This document shows positions 27,009 to 41,900 of a DNA stretch of 64,000 nucleotides, one piece after another. A program made the position numbers and the translations under genes. Numbering within the stretch: position 1 is the first letter of the stretch; every line of letters begins with the position of its first letter. The notes below the pieces were generated by a model. That model was not told the origin of the DNA and searched no databases. It saw only the letters and a list, made by a program, of their open reading frames with translations. The DNA is from Auanema rhodensis (lineage: Eukaryota; Animalia; Nematoda): NCBI GenBank assembly GCA_964057225.1, contig OZ059896.1, positions 3,410,001 to 3,474,000 of the forward strand, given 5' to 3'.

Positions 27009-29465
27009 ATCGACGCAGCTTAAAAATCCGCATCGAATGCACTATATTACATTGAGGAAAGCTTAATACAAAAATTAGTTATGATTGTTTGAAAAATGAT
27101 GCATTAGTGTATGTTGAGTTTCCATGTACACTCAAAATTGCTTCCAAAAACATTTTGACAAAAATTTTTTCGAAAAATTTCAAAATAATTTAGCAAAAAG
27201 TAGATGTTTTTAGATTCCTTCTTTCAAGGCAAAAACGATGGACAATGTTATTCAACGAAAAAATTAATTCTTCAGGGTGAAAATCGAGGATATAAGTGTG
27301 AACTTATATCAGTTGATATCTCGGTGCATTTTTAAGCTAGCGCAAATCTGATAACACAGATCGACGCAGCTTAAAAGTCCGCATCGAATGCACTATACTA
27401 CATTAAGAAAAGCTTAATACAAAAATTAGTTATGATCGTTTGAAAAATGATGCATTAGTGTATGTTGAGTTTCCATGTACACTCAAAATTGCTTCCAAAA
27501 ACATTTTGACAAAAATTTTTTCGAAAAATTTCAAAATAATTTAGCAAAAAGTAGATGTTTTTAGATTCCTTTTTTCGAGGCAAAAACGATGGACAATGTT
27601 ATTCAACGAAAAAATTAATTCTTCAGGGTGAAAATCGAGGATATAAGTGTGAACTTATATCAGTTGATATCTCGGTGCATTTTTAAGCTAGCGCAAATCT
27701 GATAACACAGATCGAAGCAGCTTAAAAATCCGCATCGAATGCACTATAATACATTAAGAAACGCTCAATACAAAAATTAGTTATGATCGTTTGAAAAATG
27801 ATGCATTAGTGTATGTTGAGTTTCCATGTACACTCAAAATTGCTTCCAAAAACATTTTGACAAAAATTTTTTCGAAAAATTTCAAAATAATTTAGCAAAA
27901 AGTAGATGTTTTTAGATTCCTTTTTTCAAGGCAAAAACGATGGACAATGTTATTCAACGAAAAAATTAATTCTTCAGGGTAAAAATCGAGGATATAAGTG
28001 TGAACTTATATCAGTTGATATCTCGGTGCATTTTTAAGCTAGCGCAAATCTGATAACACAGATCGACGCAGCTTAAAAATCCGCATCGAATGCACTATAT
28101 TACATTGAGGAAAGCTTAATACAAAAATTAGTTATGATTGTTTGAAAAATGATGCATTAGTGTATGTTGAGTTTCCATGTACACTCAAAATTGCTTCCAA
28201 AAACATTTTGACAAAAATTTTTTCGAAAAATTTCAAAATAATTTAGCAAAAAGTAGATGTTTTTAGATTCCTTCTTTCAAGGCAAAAACGATGGACAATG
28301 TTATTCAACGAAAAAATTAATTCTTCAGGGTGAAAATCGAGGATATAAGTGTGAACTTATATCAGTTGATATCTCGGTGCATTTTTAAGCTAGCGCAAAT
28401 CTGATAACACAGATCGACGCAGCTTAAAAGTCCGCATCGAATGCACTATACTACATTAAGAAAAGCTTAATACAAAAATTAGTTATGATCGTTTGAAAAA
28501 TGATGCATTAGTGTATGTTGAGTTTCCATGTACACTCAAAATTGCTTCCAAAAACATTTTGACAAAAATTTTTTCGAAAAATTTCAAAATAATTTAGCAA
28601 AAAGTAGATGTTTTTAGATTCCTTTTTTCGAGGCAAAAACGATGGACAATGTTATTCAACGAAAAAATTAATTCTTCAGGGTGAAAATCGAGGATATAAG
28701 TGTGAACTTATATCAGTTGATATCTCGGTGCATTTTTAAGCTAGCGCAAATCTGATAACACAGATCGAAGCAGCTTAAAAATCCGCATCGAATGCACTAT
28801 AATACATTAAGAAACGCTCAATACAAAAATTAGTTATGATCGTTTGAAAAATGATGCATTAGTGTATGTTGAGTTTCCATGTACACTCAAAATTGCTTCC
28901 AAAAACATTTTGACAAAAATTTTTTCGAAAAATTTCAAAATAATTTAGCAAAAAGTAGATGTTTTTAGATTCCTTTTTTCAAGGCAAAAACGATGGACAA
29001 TGTTATTCAACGAAAAAATTAATTCTTCAGGGTGAAAATCGAGGATATAAGTGTGAACTTATATCAGTTGATATCTCGGTGCATTTTTAAGCTAGCGCAA
29101 ATCTGATAACACAGATCGACGCAGCTTAAAAATCCGCATCGAATGCACTATATTACATTGAGGAAAGCTTAATACAAAAATTAGTTATGATTGTTTGAAA
29201 AATGATGCATTAGTGTATGTTGAGTTTCCATGTACACTCAAAATTGCTTCCAAAAACATTTTGACAAAAATTTTTTCGAAAAATTTCAAAATAATTTAGC
29301 AAAAAGTAGATGTTTTTAGATTCCTTCTTTCAAGGCAAAAACGATGGACAATGTTATTCAACGAAAAAATTAATTCTTCAGGGTGAAAATCGAGGATATA
29401 AGTGTGAACTTATATCAGTTGATATCTCGGTGCATTTTTAAGCTAGCGCAAATCTGATAACACAG
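27009..29465. repeat. A-C-E 3-monomer higher-order repeat, 1053 bp x~2.3
   Basis: A (27009, 28062, 29115), C with ttcgag (27360, 28413), and E atcgaagc...tataatacattaagaaacgctcaat (27711, 28764). Confidence 0.85.
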
Positions 29466-32400
29466 ATCGACGCAGCTTAAAAGTCCGCATCGAATGCACT
29501 ATACTACATTAAGAAAAGCTTAATACAAAAATTAGTTATGATCGTTTGAAAAATGATGCATTAGTGTATGTTGAGTTTCCATGTACACTCAAAATTGCTT
29601 CCAAAAACATTTTGACAAAAATTTTTTCGAAAAATTTCAAAATAATTTAGCAAAAAGTAGATGTTTTTAGATTCCTTCTTTCAAGGCAAAAACGATGGAC
29701 AATGTTATTCAACGAAAAAATTAATTCTTCAGGGTGAAAATCGAGGATATAAGTGTGAACTTATATCAGTTGATATCTCGGTGCATTTTTAAGCTAGCGC
29801 AAATCTGATAACACAGATCGACGCAGCTTAAAAGTCCGCATCGAATGCACTATACTACATTAAGAAAAGCTTAATACAAAAATTAGTTATGATCGTTTGA
29901 AAAATGATGCATTAGTGTATGTTGAGTTTCCATGTACACTCAAAATTGCTTCCAAAAACATTTTGACAAAAATTTTTTCGAAAAATTTCAAAATAATTTA
30001 GCAAAAAGTAGATGTTTTTAGATTCCTTCTTTCAAGGCAAAAACGATGGGCAATGTTATTCAACGAAAAAATTAATTCTTCAGGGTGAAAATCGAGGATA
30101 TAAGTGTGAACTTATATCAGTTGATATCTCGGTGCATTTTTAAGCTAGCGCAAATCTGATAACACAGATCGACGCAGCTTAAAAATCCGCATCGAATGCA
30201 CTATATTACATTGAGGAAAGCTTAATACAAAAATTAGTTATGATTGTTTGAAAAATGATGCATTAGTGTATGTTGAGTTTCCATGTACACTCAAAATTGC
30301 TTCCAAAAACATTTTGACAAAAATTTTTTCGAAAAATTTCAAAATAATTTAGCAAAAAGTAGATGTTTTTAGATTCCTTCTTTCAAGGCAAAAACGATGG
30401 ACAATGTTATTCAACGAAAAAATTAATTCTTCAGGGTGAAAATCGAGGATATAAGTGTGAACTTATATCAGTTGATATCTCGGTGCATTTTTAAGCTAGC
30501 GCAAATCTGATAACACAGATCGACGCAGCTTAAAAATCCGCATCGAATGCATTATACTACATGGAGAAACGCTCATCACAAAAATTAGTTATGATCGTTT
30601 GAAAAATGATGCATTAGTGTATGTTGAGTTTCCATGTACACTCAACATTGCTTCCAAAAACATTTTGACAAAATTTTTTCGAAAAATTTCAAAATAATTT
30701 CGCAAAAAGTAGATGTTTTTAGATTCCTTTTTTTGAGGCAAAAACGATGGACAATGTTATTCAACGAAAAAATTAATTCTTCAGGGTGAAAATCGAGGAT
30801 ATAAGTGTGAACTTATATCAGTTAATATCTCGGTGCATTTTTAAGCTAGCGCAAATCTGATAACACAGATCGACGCAGCTTAAAAAACCGCATCGAATGC
30901 ACTATATTACATTGAGAAAAGCTTAATACAAAAATTAGTTATGATCGTTTGAAAAATGATGCATTAGTGTATGTTGAGTTTCCATGTACACTCAACATTG
31001 CTTCCAAAAACATTTTGACAAAAATTTTTTCGAAAAATTTCAAAATAATTTAGCAAAAAGTAGATGTTTTTAGATTTTTTCTTTCAAGGCAAAAACGATG
31101 GACAATGTTATTCAACGAAAAAATTAATTCTTCAGGGTGAAAATCGAGGATATAAGAGTGAACTTTTATCAGTTGATATCTCGGTGCATTTTTAAGCTAG
31201 CGCAAATCTGATAACACAGATCGACGCAGCTTAAAAATCCGCATCGAATGCATTATACTACATGGAGAAACGCTCATCACAAAAATTAGTTATGATCGTT
31301 TGAAAAATGATGCATTAGTGTATGTTGAGTTTCCATGTACACTCAACATTGCTTCCAAAAACATTTTGACAAAATTTTTTCGAAAAATTTCAGAATAATT
31401 TCGCAAAAAGTAGATGTTTTTAGATTCCTTTTTTTGAGGCAAAAACGATGGACAATGTTATTCAACGAAAAAATTAATTCTTCAGGGTGAAAATCGAGGA
31501 TATAAGTGTGAACTTATATCAGTTAATATCTCGGTGCATTTTTAAGCTAGCGCAAATCTGATAACATAGATCGACGCAGCTTAAAAGTCCGCATCGAATG
31601 CACTATACTACATTAAGAAAAGCTTAATACAAAAATTAGTTATGATCGTTTGAAAAATGATGCATTAGTGTATGTTGAGTTTCCATGTACACTCAAAATT
31701 GCTTCCAAAAACATTTTGACAAAAATTTTTTCGAAAAATTTCAAAATAATTTAGCAAAAAGTAGATGTTTTTAGATTCCTTTTTTCGAGGCAAAAACGAT
31801 GGACAATGTTATTCAACGAAAAAATTAATTCTTCAGGGTGAAAATCGAGGATATAAGTGTGAACTTATATCAGTTGATATCTCGGTGCATTTTTAAGCTA
31901 GCGCAAATCTGATAACACAGATCGAAGCAGCTTAAAAATCCGCATCGAATGCACTATAATACATTAAGAAACGCTCAATACAAAAATCAGTTATGATCGT
32001 TTGAAAAATGATGCATTAGTGTATGTTGAGTTTCCATGTACACTCAAAATTGCTTCCAAAAACATTTTGACAAAAATTTTTTCGAAAAATTTCAAAATAA
32101 TTTAGCAAAAAGTAGATGTTTTTAGATTCCTTTTTTCAAGGCAAAAACGATGGACAATGTTATTCAACGAAAAAATTAATTCTTCAGGGTGAAAATCGAG
32201 GATATAAGTGTGAACTTATATCAGTTGATATCTCGGTGCATTTTTAAGCTAGCGCAAATCTGATAACACAGATCGACGCAGCTTAAAAATCCGCATCGAA
32301 TGCACTATATTACATTGAGGAAAGCTTAATACAAAAATTAGTTATGATTGTTTGAAAAATGATGCATTAGTGTATGTTGAGTTTCCATGTACACTCAAAA

Positions 32401-32973
32401 TTGCTTCCAAAAACATTTTGACAAAAATTTTTTCGAAAAATTTCAAAATAATTTAGCAAAAAGTAGATGTTTTTAGATTCCTTCTTTCAAGGCAAAAACG
32501 ATGGGCAATGTTATTCAACGAAAAAATTAATTCTTCAGGGTGAAAATCGAGGATATAAGTGTGAACTTATATCAGTTGATATCTCGGTGCATTTTTAAGC
32601 TAGCGCAAATCTGATAACACAGATCGACGCAGCTTAAAAGTCCGCATCGAATGCACTATACTAGATTAAGAAAAGCTTAAAACAAAAATTAGTTATGATC
32701 GTTTGAAAAATGATGCATTAGTGTATGTTGAGTTTCCATGTACACTCAAAATTGCTTCCAAAAACATTTTGACAAAAATTTTTTCGAAAAATTTCAAAAT
32801 AATTTAGCAAAAAGTAGATGTTTTTAGATTCCTTCTTTCAAGGCAAAAACGATGGGCAATGTTATTCAACGAAAAAATTAATTCTTCAGGGTGAAAATCG
32901 AGGATATAAGTGTGAACTTATATCAGTTGATATCTCGGTGCATTTTTAAGCTAGCGCAAATCTGATGACACAG

Positions 32974-35900
32974 ATCGACGCAGCTTAAAAATCCGCATCG
33001 AATGCATTATACTACATGGAGAAACGCTCATCACAAAAATTAGTTATGATCGTTTGAAAAATGATGCATTAGTGTATGTTGAGTTTACATGTACACTCAA
33101 CATTGCTTCCAAAAACATTTTGACAAAATTTTTTCGAAAAATTTCAAAATAATTTCGCAAAAAGTAGATGTTTTTAGATTCCTTTTTTTGAGGCAAAAAC
33201 GATGGACAATGTTATTCAACGAAAAAATTAATTCTTCAGGGTGAAAATCGAGGATATAAGTGTGAACTTATATCAGTTAATATCTCGGTGCATTTTTAAG
33301 CTAGCGCAAATCTGATAACACAGATCGACGCAGCTTAAAAAACCGCATCGAATGCACTATATTACATTGAGAAAAGCTTAATACAAAAATTAGTTATGAT
33401 CGTTTGAAAAATGATGCATTAGTGTATGTTGAGTTTCCATGTACACTCAACATTGCTTCCAAAAACATTTTGACAAAAATTTTTTCGAAAAATTTCAAAA
33501 TAATTTAGCAAAAAGTAGATGTTTTTAGATTCCTTCTTTCAAGGCAAAAACGATGGACAATGTTATTCAACGAAAAAATTAATTCTTCAGGGTGAAAATC
33601 GAGGATATAAGAGTGAACTTATATCAGTTGATATCTCGGTGCATTTTTAAGCTAGCGCAAATCTGATAACACAGATCGACGCAGCTTAAAAATCCGCATC
33701 GAATGCATTATACTACATGGAGAAACGCTCATCACAAAAATTAGTTATGATCGTTTGAAAAATGATGCATTAGTGTATGTTGAGTTTCCATGTACACTCA
33801 AAATTGCTTCCAAAAACATTTTGACAAAAATTTTTTCGAAAAATTTCAAAATAATTTAGCAAAAAGTAGATGTTTTTAGATTCCTTCTTTCAAAGCAAAA
33901 ACGATGGACAATGTTATTCAACGAAAAAATTAATTCTTCAGGGTGAAAATCGAGGATATAAGTGTGAACTTATATCAGTTGATATCTCGGTGCATTTTTA
34001 AGCTAGCGCAAATCTGATAACACAGATCGACGCAGCTTAAAAGTCCGCATCGAATGCACTATACTACATTAAGAAAAGCTTAATACAAAAATTAGTTATG
34101 ATCGTTTGAAAAATGATGCATTAGTGTATGTTGAGTTTCCATGTACACTCAAAATTGCTTCCAAAAACATTTTGACAAAAATTTTTTCGAAAAATTTCAA
34201 AATAATTTAGCAAAAAGTAGATGTTTTTAGATTCCTTCTTTCAAGGCAAAAACGATGGACAATGTTATTCAACGAAAAAATTAATTCTTCAGGGTGAAAA
34301 TCGAGGAAATAAGTGTGAACTTATATCAGTTGATATCTCGGTGCATTTTTAGGCTAGCGCAAATCTGATAACACAGATCGACGCAGCTTAAAAGTCCGCA
34401 TCGAATGCACTATACTACATTAAGAAAAGCTTAATACAAAAATTAGTTATGATCGTTTGAAAAATGATGCATTAGTGTATGTTGAGTTTCCATGTACACT
34501 CAACATTGCTTCCAAAAACATTTTGACAAAAATTTTTTCGAAAAATTTCAAAATAATTTAGCAAAAAGTAGATGTTTTTAGATTCCTTCTTTCAAGGCAA
34601 AAACGATGGACAATGTTATTCAACGAAAAAATTAATTCTTCAGGGTGAAAATCGAGGATATAAGAGTGAACTTATATCAGTTGATATCTCGGTGCATTTT
34701 TAAGCTAGCGCAAATCTGATAACACAGATCGACGCAGCTTAAAAATCCGCATCGAATGCATTATACTACATGGAGAAACGCTCATCACAAAAATTAGTTA
34801 TGATCGTTTGAAAAATGATGCATTAGTGTATGTTGAGTTTACATGTACACTCAACATTGCTTCCAAAAACATTTTGACAAAATTTTTTCGAAAAATTTCA
34901 AAATAATTTCGCAAAAAGTAGATGTTTTTAGATTCCTTTTTTTGAGGCAAAAACGATGGACAATGTTATTCAACGAAAAAATTAATTCTTCAGGGTGAAA
35001 ATCGAGGATATAAGTGTGAACTTATATCAGTTAATATCTCGGTGCATTTTTAAGCTAGCGCAAATCTGATAACACAGATCGACGCAGCTTAAAAAACCGC
35101 ATCGAATGCACTATATTACATTGAGAAAAGCTTAATACAAAAATTAGTTATGATCGTTTGAAAAATGATGCATTAGTGTATGTTGAGTTTCCATGTACAC
35201 TCAACATTGCTTCCAAAAACATTTTGACAAAAATTTTTTCGAAAAATTTCAAAATAATTTAGCAAAAAGTAGATGTTTTTAGATTCCTTCTTTCAAGGCA
35301 AAAACGATGGACAATGTTATTCAACGAAAAAATTAATTCTTCAGGGTGAAAATCGAGGATATAAGAGTGAACTTATATCAGTTGATATCTCGGTGCATTT
35401 TTAAGCTAGCGCAAATCTGATAACACAGATCGACGCAGCTTAAAAATCCGCATCGAATGCATTATACTACATAGAGAAACGCTCATCACAAAAATTAGTT
35501 ATGATCGTTTGAAAAATGATGCATTAGTGTATGTTGAGTTTCCATGTACACTCAAAATTGCTTCCAAAAACATTTTGACAAAAATTTTTTCGAAAAATTT
35601 CAAAATAATTTAGCAAAAAGTAGATGTTTTTAGATTCCTTCTTTCAAGGCAAAAACGATGGACAATGTTATTCAACGAAAAAATTAATTCTTCAGGGTGA
35701 AAATCGAGGATATAAGTGTGAACTTATATCAGTTGATATCTCGGTGCATTTTTAAGCTAGCGCAAATCTGATAACACAGATCGACGCAGCTTAAAAGTCC
35801 GCATCGAATGCACTATACTACATTAAGAAAAGCTTAATACAAAAATTAGTTATGATCGTTTGAAAAATGATGCATTAGTGTATGTTGAGTTTCCATGTAC

Positions 35901-38900
35901 ACTCAAAATTGCTTTCAAAAACATTTTGACAAAAATTTTTTCGAAAAATTTCAAAATAATTTAGCAAAAAGTAGATGTTTTTAGATTCCTTCTTTCAAGG
36001 CAAAAACGATGGACAATGTTATTCAACGAAAAAATTAATTCTTCAGGGTGAAAATCGAGGAAATAAGTGTGAACTTATATCAGTTGATATCTCGGTGCAT
36101 TTTTAGGCTAGCGCAAATCTGATAACACAGATCGACGCAGCTTAAAAGTCCGCATCGAATGCACTATACTACATTAAGAAAAGCTTAATACAAAAATTAG
36201 TTATGATCGTTTGAAAAATGATGCATTAGTGTATGTTGAGTTTCCATGTACACTCAACATTGCTTCCAAAAACATTTTGACAAAAATTTTTTCGAAAAAT
36301 TTCAAAATAATTTAGCAAAAAGTAGATGTTTTTAGATTCCTTCTTTCAAGGCAAAAACGATGGACAATGTTATTCAACGAAAAAATTAATTCTTCAGGGT
36401 GAAAATCGAGGATATAAGAGTGAACTTATATCAGTTGATATCTCGGTGCATTTTTAAGCTAGCGCAAATCTGATAACACAGATCGACGCAGCTTAAAAAT
36501 CCGCATCGAATGCATTATACTACATGGAGAAACGCTCATCACAAAAATTAGTTATGATTGTTTGAAAAATGATGCATTAGTGTATGTTGAGTTTCCATGT
36601 ACACTCAAAATTGCTTCCAAAAACATTTTGACAAAAATTTTTTCGAAAAATTTCAAAATAATTTAGCAAAAAGTAGATGTTTTTAGATTCCTTCTTTCAA
36701 GGCAAAAACGATGGACAATGTTATTCACCGAAAAAATTAATTCTTCAGGGTGAAAATCGAGGATATAAGTGTGAACTTATATCAGTTAATATCTCGGTGC
36801 ATTTTTAAGCTAGCGCAAATCTGATAACACAGATCGACGCAGCTTAAAAATCCGCATCGAATGCATTATACTACATGGAGAAACGCTCATCACAAAAATT
36901 AGTTATGATCGTTTGAAAAATGATGCATTAGTGTATGTTGAGTTTACATGTACACTCAACATTGCTTCCAAAAACATTTTGACAAAATTTTTTCGAAAAA
37001 TTTCAAAATAATTTCGCAAAAAGTAGATGTTTTTAGATTCCTTTTTTTGAGGCAAAAACGATGGACAATGTTATTCAACGAAAAAATTAATTCTTCAGGG
37101 TGAAAATCGAGGATATAAGTGTGAACTTATATCAGTTAATATCTCGGTGCATTTTTAAGCTAGCGCAAATCTGATAACACAGATCGACGCAGCTTAAAAA
37201 ACCGCATCGAATGCACTATATTACATTGAGAAAAGCTTAATACAAAAATTAGTTATGATCGTTTGAAAAATGATGCATTAGTGTATGTTGAGTTTCCATG
37301 TACACTCAACATTGCTTCCAAAAACATTTTGACAAAAATTTTTTCGAAAAATTTCAAAATAATTTAGCAAAAAGTAGATGTTTTTAGATTCCTTCTTTCA
37401 AGGCAAAAACGATGGACAATGTTATTCAACGAAAAAATTAATTCTTCAGGGTGAAAATCGAGGATATAAGAGTGAACTTATATCAGTTGATATCTCGGTG
37501 CATTTTTAAGCTAGCGCAAATCTGATAACACAGATCGACGCAGCTTAAAAATCCGCATCGAATGCATTATACTACATAGAGAAACGCTCATCACAAAAAT
37601 TAGTTATGATCGTTTGAAAAATGATGCATTAGTGTATGTTGAGTTTCCATGTACACTCAAAATTGCTTCCAAAAACATTTTGACAAAAATTTTTTCGAAA
37701 AATTTCAAAATAATTTAGCAAAAAGTAGATGTTTTTAGATTCCTTCTTTCAAGGCAAAAACGATGGACAATGTTATTCAACGAAAAAATTAATTCTTCAG
37801 GGTGAAAATCGAGGATATAAGTGTGAACTTATATCAGTTGATATCTCGGTGCATTTTTAAGCTAGCGCAAATCTGATAACACAGATCGACGCAGCTTAAA
37901 AGTCCGCATCGAATGCACTATACTACATTAAGAAAAGCTTAATACAAAAATTAGTTATGATCGTTTGAAAAATGATGCATTAGTGTATGTTGAGTTTCCA
38001 TGTACACTCAAAATTGCTTTCAAAAACATTTTGACAAAAATTTTTTCGAAAAATTTCAAAATAATTTAGCAAAAAGTAGATGTTTTTAGATTCCTTCTTT
38101 CAAGGCAAAAACGATGGACAATGTTATTCAACGAAAAAATTAATTCTTCAGGGTGAAAATCGAGGAAATAAGTGTGAACTTATATCAGTTGATATCTCGG
38201 TGCATTTTTAGGCTAGCGCAAATCTGATAACACAGATCGACGCAGCTTAAAAGTCCGCATCGAATGCACTATACTACATTAAGAAAAGCTTAATACAAAA
38301 ATTAGTTATGATCGTTTGAAAAATGATGCATTAGTGTATGTTGAGTTTCCATGTACACTCAACATTGCTTCCAAAAACATTTTGACAAAAATTTTTTCGA
38401 AAAATTTCAAAATAATTTAGCAAAAAGTAGATGTTTTTAGATTCCTTCTTTCAAGGCAAAAACGATGGACAATGTTATTCAACGAAAAAATTAATTCTTC
38501 AGGGTGAAAATCGAGGATATAAGAGTGAACTTATATCAGTTGATATCTCGGTGCATTTTTAAGCTAGCGCAAATCTGATAACACAGATCGACGCAGCTTA
38601 AAAATCCGCATCGAATGCATTATACTACATGGAGAAACGCTCATCACAAAAATTAGTTATGATTGTTTGAAAAATGATGCATTAGTGTATGTTGAGTTTC
38701 CATGTACACTCAAAATTGCTTCCAAAAACATTTTGACAAAAATTTTTTCGAAAAATTTCAAAATAATTTAGCAAAAAGTAGATGTTTTTAGATTCCTTCT
38801 TTCAAGGCAAAAACGATGGACAATGTTATTCACCGAAAAAATTAATTCTTCAGGGTGAAAATCGAGGATATAAGTGTGAACTTATATCAGTTGATATCTC

Positions 38901-41900
38901 GGTGCATTTTTAAGCTAGCGCAAATCTGCTAACACAGATCGACGCAGCTTAAAAGTCCGCATCGAATGCACTATACTACATTAAGAAAAGCTTAATACAA
39001 AAATTAGTTATGATCGTTTGAAAAATGATGCATTAGTGTATGTTGAGTTTCCATGTACACTCAAAATTGCTTCCAAAAACATTTTGACAAAAATTTTTTC
39101 GAAAAATTTCAAAATAATTTAGCAAAAAGTAGATGTTTTTAGATTCCTTCTTTCAAGGCAAAAACGATGGACAATGTTATTCAACGAAAAAATTAATTCT
39201 TCAGGGTGAAAATCGAGGATATAAGTGTGAACTTATATCAGTTGATATCTCGGTGCATTTTTAAGCTAGCGCAAATCTGATAACACAGATCGACGCAGCT
39301 TAAAAGTCCGCATCGAATGCACTATACTACATTAAGAAAAGCTTAATACAAAAATTAGTTATGATCGTTTGAAAAATGATGCATTAGTGTATGTTGAGTT
39401 TCCATGTACACTCAAAATTGCTTCCAAAAACATTTTGACAAAAATTTTTTCGAAAAATTTCAAAATAATTTAGCAAAAAGTAGATGTTTTTAGATTCCTT
39501 CTTTCAAGGCAAAAACGATGGGCAATGTTATTCAACGAAAAAATTAATTCTTCAGGGTGAAAATCGAGGATATAAGTGTGAACTTATATCAGTTGATATC
39601 TCGGTGCATTTTTAAGCTAGCGCAAATCTGATAACACAGATCGACGCAGCTTAAAAATCCGCATCGAATGCATTATACTACATGGAGAAACGCTCATCAC
39701 AAAAATTAGTTATGATCGTTTGAAAAATGATGCATTAGTGTATGTTGAGTTTCCATGTACACTCAACATTGCTTCCAAAAACATTTTGACAAAAATTTTT
39801 TCGAAAAATTTCAAAATAATTTAGCAAAAAGTAGATGTTTTTAGATTCCTTCTTTCAAGGCAAAAACGATGGACAATGTTATTCAACGAAAAAATTAATT
39901 CTTCAGGGTGAAAATCGAGGATATAAGAGTGAACTTATATCAGTTGATATCTCGGTGCATTTTTAAGCTAGCGCAAATCTGATAACACAGATCGACGCAG
40001 CTTAAAAATCCGCATCGAATGCATTATACTACATGGAGAAACGCTCATCACAAAAATTAGTTATGATCGTTTGAAAAATGATGCATTAGTGTATGTTGAG
40101 TTTCCATGTACACTCAAAATTGCTTCCAAAAACATTTTGACAAAAATTTTTTCGAAAAATTTCAAAATAATTTAGCAAAAAGTAGATGTTTTTAGATTCC
40201 TTCTTTCAAGGCAAAAACGATGGACAATGTTATTCAACGAAAAAATTAATTCTTCAGGGTGAAAATCGAGGATATAAGTGTGAACTTATATCAGTTGATA
40301 TCTCGGTGCATTTTTAAGCTAGCGCAAATCTGCTAACACAGATCGACGCAGCTTAAAAGTCCGCATCGAATGCACTATACTACATTAAGAAAAGCTTAAT
40401 ACAAAAATTAGTTATGATCGTTTGAAAAATGATGCATTAGTGTATGTTGAGTTTCCATGTACACTCAAAATTGCTTCCAAAAACATTTTGACAAAAATTT
40501 TTTCGAAAAATTTCAAAATAATTTAGCAAAAAGTAGATGTTTTTAGATTCCTTCTTTCAAGGCAAAAACGATGGGCAATGTTATTCAACGAAAAAATTAA
40601 TTCTTCAGGGTGAAAATTGAGGATATAAGTGTGAACTTATATCAGTTGATATCTCGGTGCATTTTTAAGCTAGCGCAAATCTGATAACACAGATCGACGC
40701 AGCTTAAAAATCCGCATCGAATGCATTATACTACATGGAGAAACGCTCATCACAAAAATTAGTTATGATCGTTTGAAAAATGATGCATTAGTGTATGTTG
40801 AGTTTACATGTACACTCAACATTGCTTCCAAAAACATTTTGACAAAATTTTTTCGAAAAATTTCAAAATAATTTCGCAAAAAGTAGATGTTTTTAGATTC
40901 CTTTTTTTGAGGCAAAAACGATGGACAATGTTATTCAACGAAAAAATTAATTCTTCAGGGTGAAAATCGAGGATATAAGTGTGAACTTATATCAGTTAAT
41001 ATCTCGGTGCATTTTTAAGCTAGCGCAAATCTGATAACACAGATCGACGCAGCTTAAAAAACCGCATCGAATGCACTATATTACATTGAGAAAAGCTTAA
41101 TACAAAAATTAGTTATGATCGTTTGAAAAATGATGCATTAGTGTATGTTGAGTTTCCATGTACACTCAACATTGCTTCCAAAAACATTTTGACAAAAATT
41201 TTTTCGAAAAATTTCAAAATAATTTAGCAAAAAGTAGATGTTTTTAGATTCCTTCTTTCAAGGCAAAAACGATGGACAATGTTATTCAACGAAAAAATTA
41301 ATTCTTCAGGGTGAAAATCGAGGATATAAGAGTGAACTTATATCAGTTGATATCTCGGTGCATTTTTAAGCTAGCGCAAATCTGATAACACAGATCGACG
41401 CAGCTTAAAAATCCGCATCGAATGCATTATACTACATGGAGAAACGCTCATCACAAAAATTAGTTATGATCGTTTGAAAAATGATGCATTAGTGTATGTT
41501 GAGTTTCCATGTACACTCAAAATTGCTTCCAAAAACATTTTGACAAAAATTTTTTCGAAAAATTTCAAAATAATTTAGCAAAAAGTAGATGTTTTTAGAT
41601 TCCTTCTTTCAAGGCAAAAACGATGGACAATGTTATTCAACGAAAAAATTAATTCTTCAGGGTGAAAATCGAGGATATAAGTGTGAACTTATATCAGTTG
41701 ATATCTCGGTGCATTTTTAAGCTAGCGCAAATCTGATAACACAGATCGACGCAGCTTAAAAGTCCGCATCGAATGCACTATACTACATTAAGAAAAGCTT
41801 AATACAAAAATTAGTTATGATCGTTTGAAAAATGATGCATTAGTGTATGTTGAGTTTCCATGTACACTCAAAATTGCTTCCAAAAACATTTTGACAAAAA

